Shown piece by piece: positions 1 to 8,772 of a stretch of 64,000 bases of DNA. The stretch's first letter is position 1; each line of letters begins with the position of its first letter. The stretch is taken from the NCBI GenBank assembly GCA_965197525.1, contig OZ240211.1, forward strand, positions 1,984,001 to 2,048,000, read 5' to 3'. A program made the position numbers and the translations under genes. The DNA comes from Nitrosopumilus sp. GTDB taxonomy: Archaea > Thermoproteota > Nitrososphaeria > Nitrososphaerales > Nitrosopumilaceae. The notes under the pieces are model-generated. The model did no database searches. It saw only the letters and a list, made by a program, of their open reading frames with translations, and had not been told where the DNA came from.

Positions 1-1
1 T

Positions 2-346
2 CTTGATATAGTTCCAAAAAAATCCTCAGATGATGCCGGTAACCATAGTTATAACAACGAATACAACCATAACAATACACATAATCATTCTAACAACCAC
101 AAGTCCGTACCATCTAACCACCTGCCTTTTACATTCTCAGAGACAAAGACATCTCTGTTGTTTGCCATTGACAAATCTTATGCTTATACACACAGTTCCG
201 TCTTTGTCAATGACAAATACATCTCTTCTTTCCGTGTAGGGAGAAAAGGACAGATCAAAATTCCAAAACGCTCAAAGTCTGCAAAAGACATTCTAAATCT
301 TTCATCCTCAAAGCACGATATACAAATAGTTCCTAAAGATTCTTAA
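2..346 (+). CDS. 3' part of a gene starting before the window; likely C-terminus of the archaeal PIN/KH-domain PilT-like ATPase (COG1855), with an Asn/His-rich insertion
   Basis: Frame of ORF 158..346 stays open back to position 2 (LDIVPKKSSDDAGNHSYNNEYNHNNTHNHSNNHKS...). The C-terminal FRVGRKGQIKIPKRSKSAKDIL resembles the end of this family (recalled, not searched). Confidence 0.55.
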   Translation, partial: LDIVPKKSSDDAGNHSYNNEYNHNNTHNHSNNHKSVPSNHLPFTFSETKTSLLFAIDKSYAYTHSSVFVNDKYISSFRVGRKGQIKIPKRSKSAKDILNLSSSKHDIQIVPKDS

Positions 347-800
347 AGTTCTCTATAATCTTTGGGTCTGCCTTGAGAAACGTAATGAACTTTCGTAGCT
401 GTTTGATAGTCTTTGGATTAAGATGATGCTCTATTCCCTCAGTGTCCTGATTTGCAGTATCAAACTCTACTCCTAGAATCTCAAAAAACTCCAAGAGTAT
501 CCCGTGTTTTTGCCGTATCCCCTCTGCTATACGTCTACCTTTATCTGTAAGATTGATACCGTGATACTTTTCATATTCCAAAAACCCGTTCTCATCTAAT
601 CTTTGTAACATCTTTGTGACGCTAGGTGCACTAACGTGCATGTATCGTGAAATGTCAAGTGTGGTAGCATACCCTTTTAACTCTACTAACTCTGAGATTA
701 TCTCTAGATAGTCCTCTTCTACTCGCGTACTAGAACGGGTTCTCTCTGTTTGGTGTGCTGCCTTGATTGAGTCTAATCTCTTTGAATCCTTGGCTTTCAT
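333..800 (-). CDS. DtxR/MntR family metal-dependent transcriptional regulator
   Basis: EDYLEIISEL, HTH ISRYMHVSAPSVTKMLQRL, LTDKG, RQKHGILLEFF and EGIEHHL metal-site motifs. Confidence 0.92.
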   Translation of the reverse strand: MKAKDSKRLDSIKAAHQTERTRSSTRVEEDYLEIISELVELKGYATTLDISRYMHVSAPSVTKMLQRLDENGFLEYEKYHGINLTDKGRRIAEGIRQKHGILLEFFEILGVEFDTANQDTEGIEHHLNPKTIKQLRKFITFLKADPKIIENFKNL

Positions 801-839
801 TTTTATGTAATATGTGGGATGAATCTAGTATATTTTGTT

Positions 840-960
840 GTGGGAATTATATACATGAGTAATCATCTCTCATGTCTTTTCTTGGCGCTCTGAAAAAATC
901 AAACGGCTTCTCGTCAGAAGAACCTTCTCTGGTTGACGGATTCAAACCGTCCCCGTTTTT
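840..960 (-). ncRNA. Candidate omega/reRNA scaffold overlapping the tnpB 3' end
   Basis: Stems 853-859/869-875 (ACATGAG/CTCATGT), 916-920/924-928, 935-939/947-951 and 901-906/953-958. TnpB guide RNAs are known to arise from this position. Confidence 0.5.
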
Positions 961-2178
961 GCGCCTATAGACGACCATCCCGGCCGCCTTGGCAGCAATG
1001 TTGTATGCTGCGTTGACGTCTGCGTTTGTTTTGTAATTGCATGTTGTACACTCAAACCTACTTTGAGTGATACGTGACTTTCTGTCCATTCTACCACATA
1101 GACTGCACGTCTGCGAGGTGTAACGTGCGTTGATGTCTATTAGTGGGCTACCGTGTTTCTCACAGGAGTTTTTTATTCTGGTTACAAGTGCACCAATCCT
1201 GGAATAGCGCATCTCTCTGTTCAATCCCTTTTTGTAGGAACCGCCTCTTTTTGTCATGGCCTTCAAGTTCAATGTTTCTAGGGCTACCATATCAGCATCT
1301 TTGGTTATCTTGGCAGCAGTCTCTCGCTCAAAGTTGTCTTGGCGGTTCATAATTTTGCGGTATTTGCGATTGATACGTCTTGATATGTCTTTGTAGGTTC
1401 TAGAGAATTTACGTTTCTTTGAGCGTTTGGTTTTTAGTTTGTCTATTTGATCACCTTTGTGACGTCTTGTATCCTGTGGTAAGTCATGAAATTCAGATGA
1501 TTTTGATGGCAATTCCATAACAGTTGCAGGGTGTACGATACCAACATCCACACCTCGTGTAACAGGATTGGCTGGTAATCCTCTTACGGGCGTAGGCACT
1601 GCTATCTGTATGTGCAACTTGTATGTGCGTTGGTATGGTTTGGTAAAACGGCTATGCTTTTTGGTGGTCTCTACAAGCATAAAGGATCGCATGTCCCCTG
1701 CAGGCAACGATTCTTTGAGGCAGATGGTTCCTATACCTGGCAAGTACAAGGAATCATCAGGACGATAACGTGGAGGATCATACGAGACAAGGGTGCGTTG
1801 CCGTGTCTTGAACAGTGTAAGAGGATTCTTGTAACCTTTGCGTGTACGGTTGGCAGACAAAAATTGCAGTACTGCATCACGTCCTGCAGCAGTATATGGA
1901 CGTTGAATGGATACCTTGACATTTAGACCTAGACGTCTGCGTACCTTGATAAGTTGTTTCCAAGAGTCAAATTTTGATGGAATTTCGTTATTCTTTTGGT
2001 TGGAATCATATGCATGTGCAACAGACAGGTTGTACACGTCCTTGCACTCAGTCAGTGTCTCATGTATCTTCTCGGAGATGGCGGGGTCTTGGTAAAAATC
2101 TAATTTGTATGTAAGTATCAACAAACAAGTATTTTCTTTAGATTGTAAAAAGATTGCTAATGAGTCTAGTCTACTCAA
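847..2178 (-). CDS. tnpB: RNA-guided endonuclease TnpB (IS200/IS605 OrfB), no tnpA nearby
   Basis: RuvC-I RGVDVGIVHPA, RuvC-II VALETLN, zinc finger TSQTCSLCG...FECTTC, RuvC-III NADVNAAYNI. The true start may be the TTG at 2124 or 2121. Confidence 0.92.
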   Translation of the reverse strand: MSRLDSLAIFLQSKENTCLLILTYKLDFYQDPAISEKIHETLTECKDVYNLSVAHAYDSNQKNNEIPSKFDSWKQLIKVRRRLGLNVKVSIQRPYTAAGRDAVLQFLSANRTRKGYKNPLTLFKTRQRTLVSYDPPRYRPDDSLYLPGIGTICLKESLPAGDMRSFMLVETTKKHSRFTKPYQRTYKLHIQIAVPTPVRGLPANPVTRGVDVGIVHPATVMELPSKSSEFHDLPQDTRRHKGDQIDKLKTKRSKKRKFSRTYKDISRRINRKYRKIMNRQDNFERETAAKITKDADMVALETLNLKAMTKRGGSYKKGLNREMRYSRIGALVTRIKNSCEKHGSPLIDINARYTSQTCSLCGRMDRKSRITQSRFECTTCNYKTNADVNAAYNIAAKAAGMVVYRRKNGDGLNPSTREGSSDEKPFDFFRAPRKDMRDDYSCI

Positions 2179-2504
2179 ATATATAATCCCCTTTATTGTC
2201 CTTTTCTAATCTTGTATTGTCGTAATGGTAGTGTTTTTGATAGATGATTTGTACTGTGTAACACGCATTACCAGTATTTCTGCCTAATTAAAACACAAGT
2301 CCGGGTATTGCATCGTACTTTGATATCTTGTTTTGTTATGGTATGGGTGAGCTTGTCGCATTATCATTTACTGTACCGGCCATGCGTCATTGTCAGGACA
2401 TATTGACTCTAATCATATTTGATTTTGTTTAGTTACTCTTTGTTGACTTGAGTGTTATCGTAGTTGATCTTTGAATCTTAACTAATTATTCACTAATCAA
2501 CATT

Positions 2505-2855
2505 ATGGCAGATTCATTAAAAAATCGGCTCGATGAGTTAAAAAAGATATCCTCATCTGCACAACGTAGGGCAACCCTGTACAGTGAGATTACTAGTATT
2601 GATGATAAACATACTGCGCGTTCACTAAGTGTGTTACAAAAAGCTCCTGCCCCTGGCAAGAAACTCCAAAAGATTGGATTTTTAATGTTGTGGGTTCCTG
2701 AGCCTACTGGTGTGACCTGTGCGATAGGGGGACCTATGATCGTTGCAGGGCGATACCTTGATAAAAAATACAACGGCTCAACACTTCACGATATCGGTGC
2801 TCAGACCAAACATACGGTCTCATCGATTCGAGACTTTAAGAACACTGTAATGTGA
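2505..2855 (+). CDS. Hypothetical protein
   Basis: 116-aa ATG ORF, co-oriented with the next three genes. Confidence 0.6.
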   Translation: MADSLKNRLDELKKISSSAQRRATLYSEITSIDDKHTARSLSVLQKAPAPGKKLQKIGFLMLWVPEPTGVTCAIGGPMIVAGRYLDKKYNGSTLHDIGAQTKHTVSSIRDFKNTVM

Positions 2856-2897
2856 TCATTCTTTTAGGTTTTTAAAAGGAGTACGGTAAATCAGTGC

Positions 2898-3389
2898 ATG
2901 ACTACAAGAGCTCAGGCGTTGGTTCCAATCACCATCGCAGCAGTGATTATAGGTGTTATTGGCCTGTTGACTCTTCCAAGTGACAGTAAACTAGAGTCTG
3001 TGGCATTTCCTATGGGTACCATTACAGTTGATGGGATTCCACTACAGGTCCAAATCGCAGACTCTGAACCTAGACGTACACGTGGGTTGATGTTCCAAGA
3101 TCCATTACCATACGATCAGGGAATGATCTTTGTATTTTCAGAACCTGGAATTTACTCATTTTGGATGCTGAACCTACAATTTCCTTTGGACATTATATGG
3201 TTTGATGCTCAAGGACGCGTAGTACACATAATAGAGGATGCACCGCCTTGCAAGACTACCGTGGAGCTTGTGGCATGCGAGAGTATGGTTCCTGACGTTG
3301 AGGCGTTATACGTCCTTGAGGTAACCTCTGGCTTTGTCAAGGAGAACAACATCACTAAAGATTCTATGCTGAGTATAATCTCTATATAG
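2898..3389 (+). CDS. DUF192 family protein
   Basis: N-terminal TM segment, EIA/QIAD..RTRGLMF, GMIFVF, FWMLNLQFPLDIIW, YVLEV..G motifs. Confidence 0.9.
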   Translation: MTTRAQALVPITIAAVIIGVIGLLTLPSDSKLESVAFPMGTITVDGIPLQVQIADSEPRRTRGLMFQDPLPYDQGMIFVFSEPGIYSFWMLNLQFPLDIIWFDAQGRVVHIIEDAPPCKTTVELVACESMVPDVEALYVLEVTSGFVKENNITKDSMLSIISI

Positions 3390-3422
3390 TACTGCAAAAC
3401 CTTATCTTGGAATGTATCTCAC

Positions 3423-4067
3423 ATGATTATAATGAAAAAGATGCCCCTACTTGTCATTATCATTGTTGGAATTATTCTAGCTGTATCCTTGATCTCGTTT
3501 TATTCTACATCTACATCAGTCAGCGAATCAGATGATGTAAAACCCATTAATTTTATCTATTTTGACATTGATGAGATTTATGAAATTCTTCTCGCAGAAG
3601 ATATTCTCATATCCACCCCGATTCCCATAACTGATCATACTATAGATCAGTACTGTTCATATATTGACAGACAAAATATCAAGAGATCCGTACCTTACTG
3701 TCTTACCACTGCATTGATTAATCCTGATGGTACAGCATTGGGAAATCTGAACATGGGAGGAAATCCGATCACCCCTGTAGTTGCATTATCAATTCTTGAG
3801 GTTCCGTCACTTGATTCATATTCTGATGAGGTTGCATTTGTATTTCAAACCATGATTGATACACTTGTCTGTGACTGTTGGGCTAGTCAACAACCGGGTG
3901 GTTTTGAATCAGTATCTGCATGGATTGACGCTGCCAAACAAGAGCATATCAAATCTCCTCAAACCACTTTAAAATCAAAGATTGACGATTTGGCCCAAAA
4001 ACAGATTGTCTTGGAGATTACTGCCATTGAGGATTCGTATCTCTTTACATTTGTTATCATCGTGTAA
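3423..4067 (+). CDS. Hypothetical exported or membrane-anchored protein
   Basis: 214-aa ORF with N-terminal basic plus hydrophobic segment. Confidence 0.75.
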   Translation: MIIMKKMPLLVIIIVGIILAVSLISFYSTSTSVSESDDVKPINFIYFDIDEIYEILLAEDILISTPIPITDHTIDQYCSYIDRQNIKRSVPYCLTTALINPDGTALGNLNMGGNPITPVVALSILEVPSLDSYSDEVAFVFQTMIDTLVCDCWASQQPGGFESVSAWIDAAKQEHIKSPQTTLKSKIDDLAQKQIVLEITAIEDSYLFTFVIIV

Positions 4068-4086
4068 TTAAATACTCTAAAATTCA

Positions 4087-4878
4087 TTGGTTGTTAATAT
4101 AATGATTGATCAGCTATGGCTTGTTCCTTTAGGGTTTGCAGCCGGAGTATTAGGCTCGATGCTTGGCTTGGGTGGCGGAGTGATCATTGTGCCTGTACTG
4201 ACATTTTTAGGATTCTCGCCTACTCTATCTGCAAGTAATAGCTTGTTTGCTGCCTTGAGTAACGCTGTGGGTTCTACCATCTCGTATTCTAGACAAAAGC
4301 GAATTGACTACTCTCTAGGCATAAAACTTGGGCTGCTTTGCATTCCTGGAACCATTTTAGGTGCCATTATCTCAGATGACGTATCTCCTGCTCTTTTCAA
4401 GGTTTTGTTCGGCTTGCTGATGATTGCAATGGCAGTGTATATCTTTTTGAAAAAACAAGAGGGCGAATCCCGGGAGAAGGTTCTCTCAAAACAGATAATG
4501 ATTCTTGCTGTAGGTTCTAGTTTCTTTGCAGGGATAATATCCTCATTTTTTGGAGTTGGTGGCGGGGTTGTCTTTGTACCCTTGATGGTTATTGGAATGG
4601 GGATGGCAATAAAGAGAGCTGCCCCCACATCTCAGCTAATACTGTTATTTGCTACTCTATCTGGAGTTACGGTTCATAGCTTATTGGGGCATCCTGACTT
4701 TCTTCAAGCCGGTCTGCTAGCTGCTGGTTCTTTTGTTGGTGGATTGGTGGGTGGGAGATTATCCTGCAAGATTAAAGAGAGATCTCTGAGAATTCTCTTC
4801 TTTGCTGTATTTTTGGTAATTGCTGCAAAACTATTTTTTGATTCTACAGTCGAGAGTACTACCATACTTGGTTTTTAA
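4087..4878 (+). CDS. Sulfite exporter TauE/SafE family membrane protein
   Basis: GLGGGVIIVP and GVGGGVVFVP internal repeat motifs, about 8 TM segments. ATG at 4102 is an alternative start. Confidence 0.9.
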   Translation: MVVNIMIDQLWLVPLGFAAGVLGSMLGLGGGVIIVPVLTFLGFSPTLSASNSLFAALSNAVGSTISYSRQKRIDYSLGIKLGLLCIPGTILGAIISDDVSPALFKVLFGLLMIAMAVYIFLKKQEGESREKVLSKQIMILAVGSSFFAGIISSFFGVGGGVVFVPLMVIGMGMAIKRAAPTSQLILLFATLSGVTVHSLLGHPDFLQAGLLAAGSFVGGLVGGRLSCKIKERSLRILFFAVFLVIAAKLFFDSTVESTTILGF

Positions 4879-4977
4879 TTTGAATATTTTTTTATGGGTA
4901 TTTATTTGAGTCAAGCAATTGCACTGATACACAAAATAAGGCATTCTAAACTGTTTACATATACATACATCTGTAAT

Positions 4978-5433
4978 CTATCTTGGTGGCTCTTTTTTGA
5001 TTTTATAGATATTCTTTTTTGAGATTACTATAACTTGATCATCTCTGTCTGTTCCCTGATAATCAACTACAATCTTCCCGTACTCTTCATCGATATCCTC
5101 TTTTGCAGAGACCGTGAACTTTAATTTCAAGACTTGATCAGAGTAAAATGGTTTGAGAAACCGTGTGTTTCTGTTCTCCCATTCCGAGTCCCCGTCTGTC
5201 CCGCTAAAGATTATGTGATTTCCGTATATCTGACTCAGTCTTGTAAACTCTCCTTCCATCCTTGATAGTATGGCTCTTCCTGAGATTAATTTTTGCTCGC
5301 CATGTCTATTGCTGTCTTCTAAAAATGCATTTTTTACTCTGGAGAATCTGAGATACTCTTCTAACTCTTTTTCTGATATGCTACACGTTGAATAAAACGC
5401 ATCGCCTACCCTGAATTCTGAGAATTTTTTCAT
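4978..5433 (-). CDS. Hot-dog fold (MaoC-like) protein
   Basis: FSEFRVGD N-terminus, ISGRAILS, TRFLKPFYSDQVLKLKFTV. Lies 2 bp downstream of the SDR gene. Confidence 0.6.
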   Translation of the reverse strand: MKKFSEFRVGDAFYSTCSISEKELEEYLRFSRVKNAFLEDSNRHGEQKLISGRAILSRMEGEFTRLSQIYGNHIIFSGTDGDSEWENRNTRFLKPFYSDQVLKLKFTVSAKEDIDEEYGKIVVDYQGTDRDDQVIVISKKNIYKIKKEPPR

Positions 5434-5435
5434 TT

Positions 5436-7226
5436 TTATCTTGACTCGTCAACGCAAAAGATCACTTCTGATGACGATGATGCCGAGGATGACGAATCAT
5501 TAGATGTTAGCAAGTTCAACACATCTGCAATTCTCTGGTTTTCAGGCTCAGAGCCTGTCACTGAGCCTGGAAATACCGTAAATAGCCTGATCTTTGATGC
5601 TAACACATCGCTTAACTCTTGGTTGAGGGTTACTGTAAATGGTCGTAACGCGCCTCTGAATAACTCTACTTGGGCTCTTTGTGTTCCGGTCACCTTTCTT
5701 CCGATGGGTAAATCAGGACCTATCACCATGATTGCACCTTTGGCATCTTTGTAAAGACGAGGATCCTCGTCTCCTCCTGGAACGAATTGGTTTAATGCTC
5801 TTTGCGTTACATTTGCAGGCGTAGTTACAAATTTTGCAACTAGGTTGTCCCATTGGGTCCTTGACTGTTCTGTTATCTTTTCTATTTTAGGCACTTGTCC
5901 TGTAACGTGAACCACTGCTAGTATATCGCCGATGTTAGTCTTTGCAGTATCTAGCCATCTCTGTACCTGATCTTTGTCTGCTATATCGACAATATGTGAA
6001 TGGAATTTACTACTAATGTACTCTTGGAGATGTGCGGGTGTGGACTGTGAGATAAAGCATGCTACCTTTCCTCCGTTCTTTTCAACATGCTGCGCTAAAA
6101 ATTCTACTCGTTGTGCATCAGTCTCTGCTGTTGCATCAATTGTAAAGACCACTGCCCTTCCTGCAAAGTCTGGCTGGTTGACTAGAGGTGCTGCTGTAGT
6201 TTTGATATGTGGTTTTACTGGATAAAACACTCTGTCTCCTGGAATTACTTTGCCGTTTAGAATTTTTGCTATCTCATCATCACATAGATTCAGAACTGAT
6301 TCTGAAACTTGTCCTTGTGATAGAAACTCTTGATTTGCTATCATATGTGACGTATTTTTTTGTATCTTTTCAGCTATAATCTGAATCTTGTCTAGCAGAT
6401 TCGTAAATGTAGTCTCAAGTTTGGCTGAATCGTTTTGCTGTGTTGCTAGTTTTTGTGCAGCGGTTTTGATTCCATTTTTGATGACATCCTCGTTTTCCCC
6501 TAAGAGTGGCAGTAGTTCTTTGTTTGCAGCATTTACCTGTGTAGGATTCAAATCTTCAAATCCACTTACTCTCATAAACTCTGATGCAGCTTTTGGATAT
6601 ACTGTTTTGTAAATTCTATCAGAGTGAACAGGGCCAGGATTTGTTGCAATTGAGATAATCCCTCGTTCTGTCAATTCCCATGACATTAGCTCTGCCAATC
6701 TGTTTTTGGCTCCTTGGGATGCAGTGTATGGAGTTCTAAACCTGTATGGTCTTTGTTCTAGTGGGCGTTCTTCTGTAAAGAATGTTGAAATTGTTATAAT
6801 CTTTCCGCCAGATTTCATTACCTTTAATGCTTGAACTGATCCCCAAAAGGTTCCTGTAAGATGTATATCAACAGTACTCTTAAAATCATCCATAGACGCA
6901 TTAGCAAAACATGTTACGGGACCTGAAACTCCTGCATTGTTTACCATATAGTCTACTGTTACATTATCTTTGTCTAGTGTATCAAACATACTATTCATTG
7001 CCGTTTCATCACCCACATCTACTCCTGAGAAAATTCTGACTGATGCTTTGCTATCTCTCTTTGAGATTATTTCTTTGAGCATTGTTGATGTTTCTTCTAA
7101 CGGCTCTCTTCTTCTTCCAAGGATTATCACACTTGCGCCATTTTCAACAAACCTTTTTGCTATGGCCTGACCTATACCGGTCCCACTCCCGGTGATTAGT
7201 GCAGTTTTATCTTGGAATTTTAACAT
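5436..7226 (-). CDS. Two-domain SDR family oxidoreductase (malonyl-CoA reductase-like candidate)
   Basis: TGSGTGIG, VNNAG, RTPYTASQ, NPGPVHSDRI, followed by a second degenerate SDR-like domain. Confidence 0.85.
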   Translation of the reverse strand: MLKFQDKTALITGSGTGIGQAIAKRFVENGASVIILGRRREPLEETSTMLKEIISKRDSKASVRIFSGVDVGDETAMNSMFDTLDKDNVTVDYMVNNAGVSGPVTCFANASMDDFKSTVDIHLTGTFWGSVQALKVMKSGGKIITISTFFTEERPLEQRPYRFRTPYTASQGAKNRLAELMSWELTERGIISIATNPGPVHSDRIYKTVYPKAASEFMRVSGFEDLNPTQVNAANKELLPLLGENEDVIKNGIKTAAQKLATQQNDSAKLETTFTNLLDKIQIIAEKIQKNTSHMIANQEFLSQGQVSESVLNLCDDEIAKILNGKVIPGDRVFYPVKPHIKTTAAPLVNQPDFAGRAVVFTIDATAETDAQRVEFLAQHVEKNGGKVACFISQSTPAHLQEYISSKFHSHIVDIADKDQVQRWLDTAKTNIGDILAVVHVTGQVPKIEKITEQSRTQWDNLVAKFVTTPANVTQRALNQFVPGGDEDPRLYKDAKGAIMVIGPDLPIGRKVTGTQRAQVELFRGALRPFTVTLNQELSDVLASKIRLFTVFPGSVTGSEPENQRIADVLNLLTSNDSSSSASSSSEVIFCVDESR

Positions 7227-7495
7227 AGATGATCATTGACAATTCTCACAATATTTATTTTGATTGGTCTGATGACCTCCAAAAAATTAGCCGCAATTAG
7301 TTTTTTCAAATTGTCTAAAATGGTAGAACATTCTAGTTCTAAGAGTATATGGAAATCAAAACTTGGATGATGCTTTTTGTTCCAATTTCGTATCTCTGAG
7401 AACATTACGTAGCAGTAACTCAAAAAAAGTTCTCATCTAATACTCGAGTATCAAAATGATGATAATTTGACATGACGTATTTTTGATATCTTTAT

Positions 7496-7756
7496 TTGTG
7501 GGTACAGTTGACGTTATTTATGCACGATACAGAGCCTGACACATTTGTTTATCAGACATGGCCTGAAAAGTTCAGCGATATGCTCAAAGAGATAGGCATA
7601 GATTCTGAATCCAAAGAGATTGGTACTGATGATGTTGAAAAAGATGATTATTATAGTAGATATTTTGCTCAGACACCTAGAATGGTAACTAACAGGGGAT
7701 GCATTGATATTAAAAAATCAAATATTGATGTCATACAGATTATTCAGAAAGGATGA
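7496..7756 (+). CDS. Small acidic hypothetical protein
   Basis: 86-aa ORF with typical codon usage, 10 bp upstream of the next gene. Confidence 0.7.
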   Translation: MWVQLTLFMHDTEPDTFVYQTWPEKFSDMLKEIGIDSESKEIGTDDVEKDDYYSRYFAQTPRMVTNRGCIDIKKSNIDVIQIIQKG

Positions 7757-7766
7757 TTGGTAAATC

Positions 7767-8144
7767 ATGCAAGATCTTAATCCAAGTCCATGGGGTGCAT
7801 TAGATAGGTTTCAAGCTCACTTTATTGTCAGAAAAGAGGTTGGACGCAGGTTTAGTGACTATCTTACAAAGACTCAACTGCATACTCAAGGACGCTTTGG
7901 CGCAAAGACCATAGTCAAGGTTAGATGGACTGGTTCTGGTGCCCTGACATCCAAACTCAACGAAGATGACAAACTAAACGAGTTACTTGCTAAACAATCA
8001 CTCAACGATGCCACAATCCATGTGGAGCCCACTCCGGGGGCTGTAAGAATTAGAGGTAAATGGGACAATCATATTGCCTTTGGAATTACACGAGAGCTGT
8101 ATGACATATATGATACCATTGCAGGACACATTAAATCTATCTAG
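7767..8144 (+). CDS. Hypothetical protein
   Basis: 125-aa ATG ORF abutting the convergent endA. Confidence 0.7.
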   Translation: MQDLNPSPWGALDRFQAHFIVRKEVGRRFSDYLTKTQLHTQGRFGAKTIVKVRWTGSGALTSKLNEDDKLNELLAKQSLNDATIHVEPTPGAVRIRGKWDNHIAFGITRELYDIYDTIAGHIKSI

Positions 8145-8681
8145 CTAGGCTCTCCACCAATCCAGAGCAAGAAAATCTACCTTGTCTTTACCTTTTGGAA
8201 TCGCTAAAATGAACTGTTTTTTTACTGTGGTTGCAAGTCTGCCTGCAAGAACTATGCCAGTTGATGTAATCGTCTCATTTCTTGTATACACCTGAATCAG
8301 AAACGGTGCGTGATCAATGCCTGGACCTTTTTGATAAACTGCAAAGTCGCAGCCGAATTTTATTCCTGGATTAATTATGTATCCTTTGTCTCTGAAATTT
8401 TTGTAGACCATATACTTTTTCCCAAACTCATGAACCTCTTTTTTACACATTTCAGTTAGCTGCTCTGCTGTAATCTTTTGTTTTGATCTTGTGATTGTGA
8501 TCTTTTTGTTCTCTAAAAGGTACAATCCCTCAATAAGATCTAAAACTAGTGGCGCATCAATCTCTTCAATCTTTGGTTTTGGTATTCCTATTGGTTTTCC
8601 ATAATATCCTTGACTGAACAGTTTACGTGAGTCCTCGATATCCCACACTATAATTCTATTCTCAATTAATTCACACTTCAT
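8145..8681 (-). CDS. endA: tRNA-intron (splicing) endonuclease
   Basis: LDLIEGLYL, VYKNFRDKGY, PGIKFGCDFAVY, GPGIDHAPF, GRLATTVKKQFILA. Confidence 0.93.
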   Translation of the reverse strand: MKCELIENRIIVWDIEDSRKLFSQGYYGKPIGIPKPKIEEIDAPLVLDLIEGLYLLENKKITITRSKQKITAEQLTEMCKKEVHEFGKKYMVYKNFRDKGYIINPGIKFGCDFAVYQKGPGIDHAPFLIQVYTRNETITSTGIVLAGRLATTVKKQFILAIPKGKDKVDFLALDWWRA

Positions 8682-8772
8682 TATTTTTGTGATGCGTCAT
8701 CTGTCTATATGAACACTCTCTTTATCCATGTATCTGTAAATTAAAAATAAATTAAAGTAGAATGATATCGTA

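Noticed and set aside
30-239. 69-aa Thr/Ile-rich ORF, and ORF 158..346 as an independent gene
   Set aside because: The first is an alternate frame of a low-complexity tract; the second is the tail of a gene that begins before the window.
2180-2485. Possible tnpA remnant upstream of tnpB
   Set aside because: Hand translation showed only short frames, with no HUH or serine-recombinase motif.
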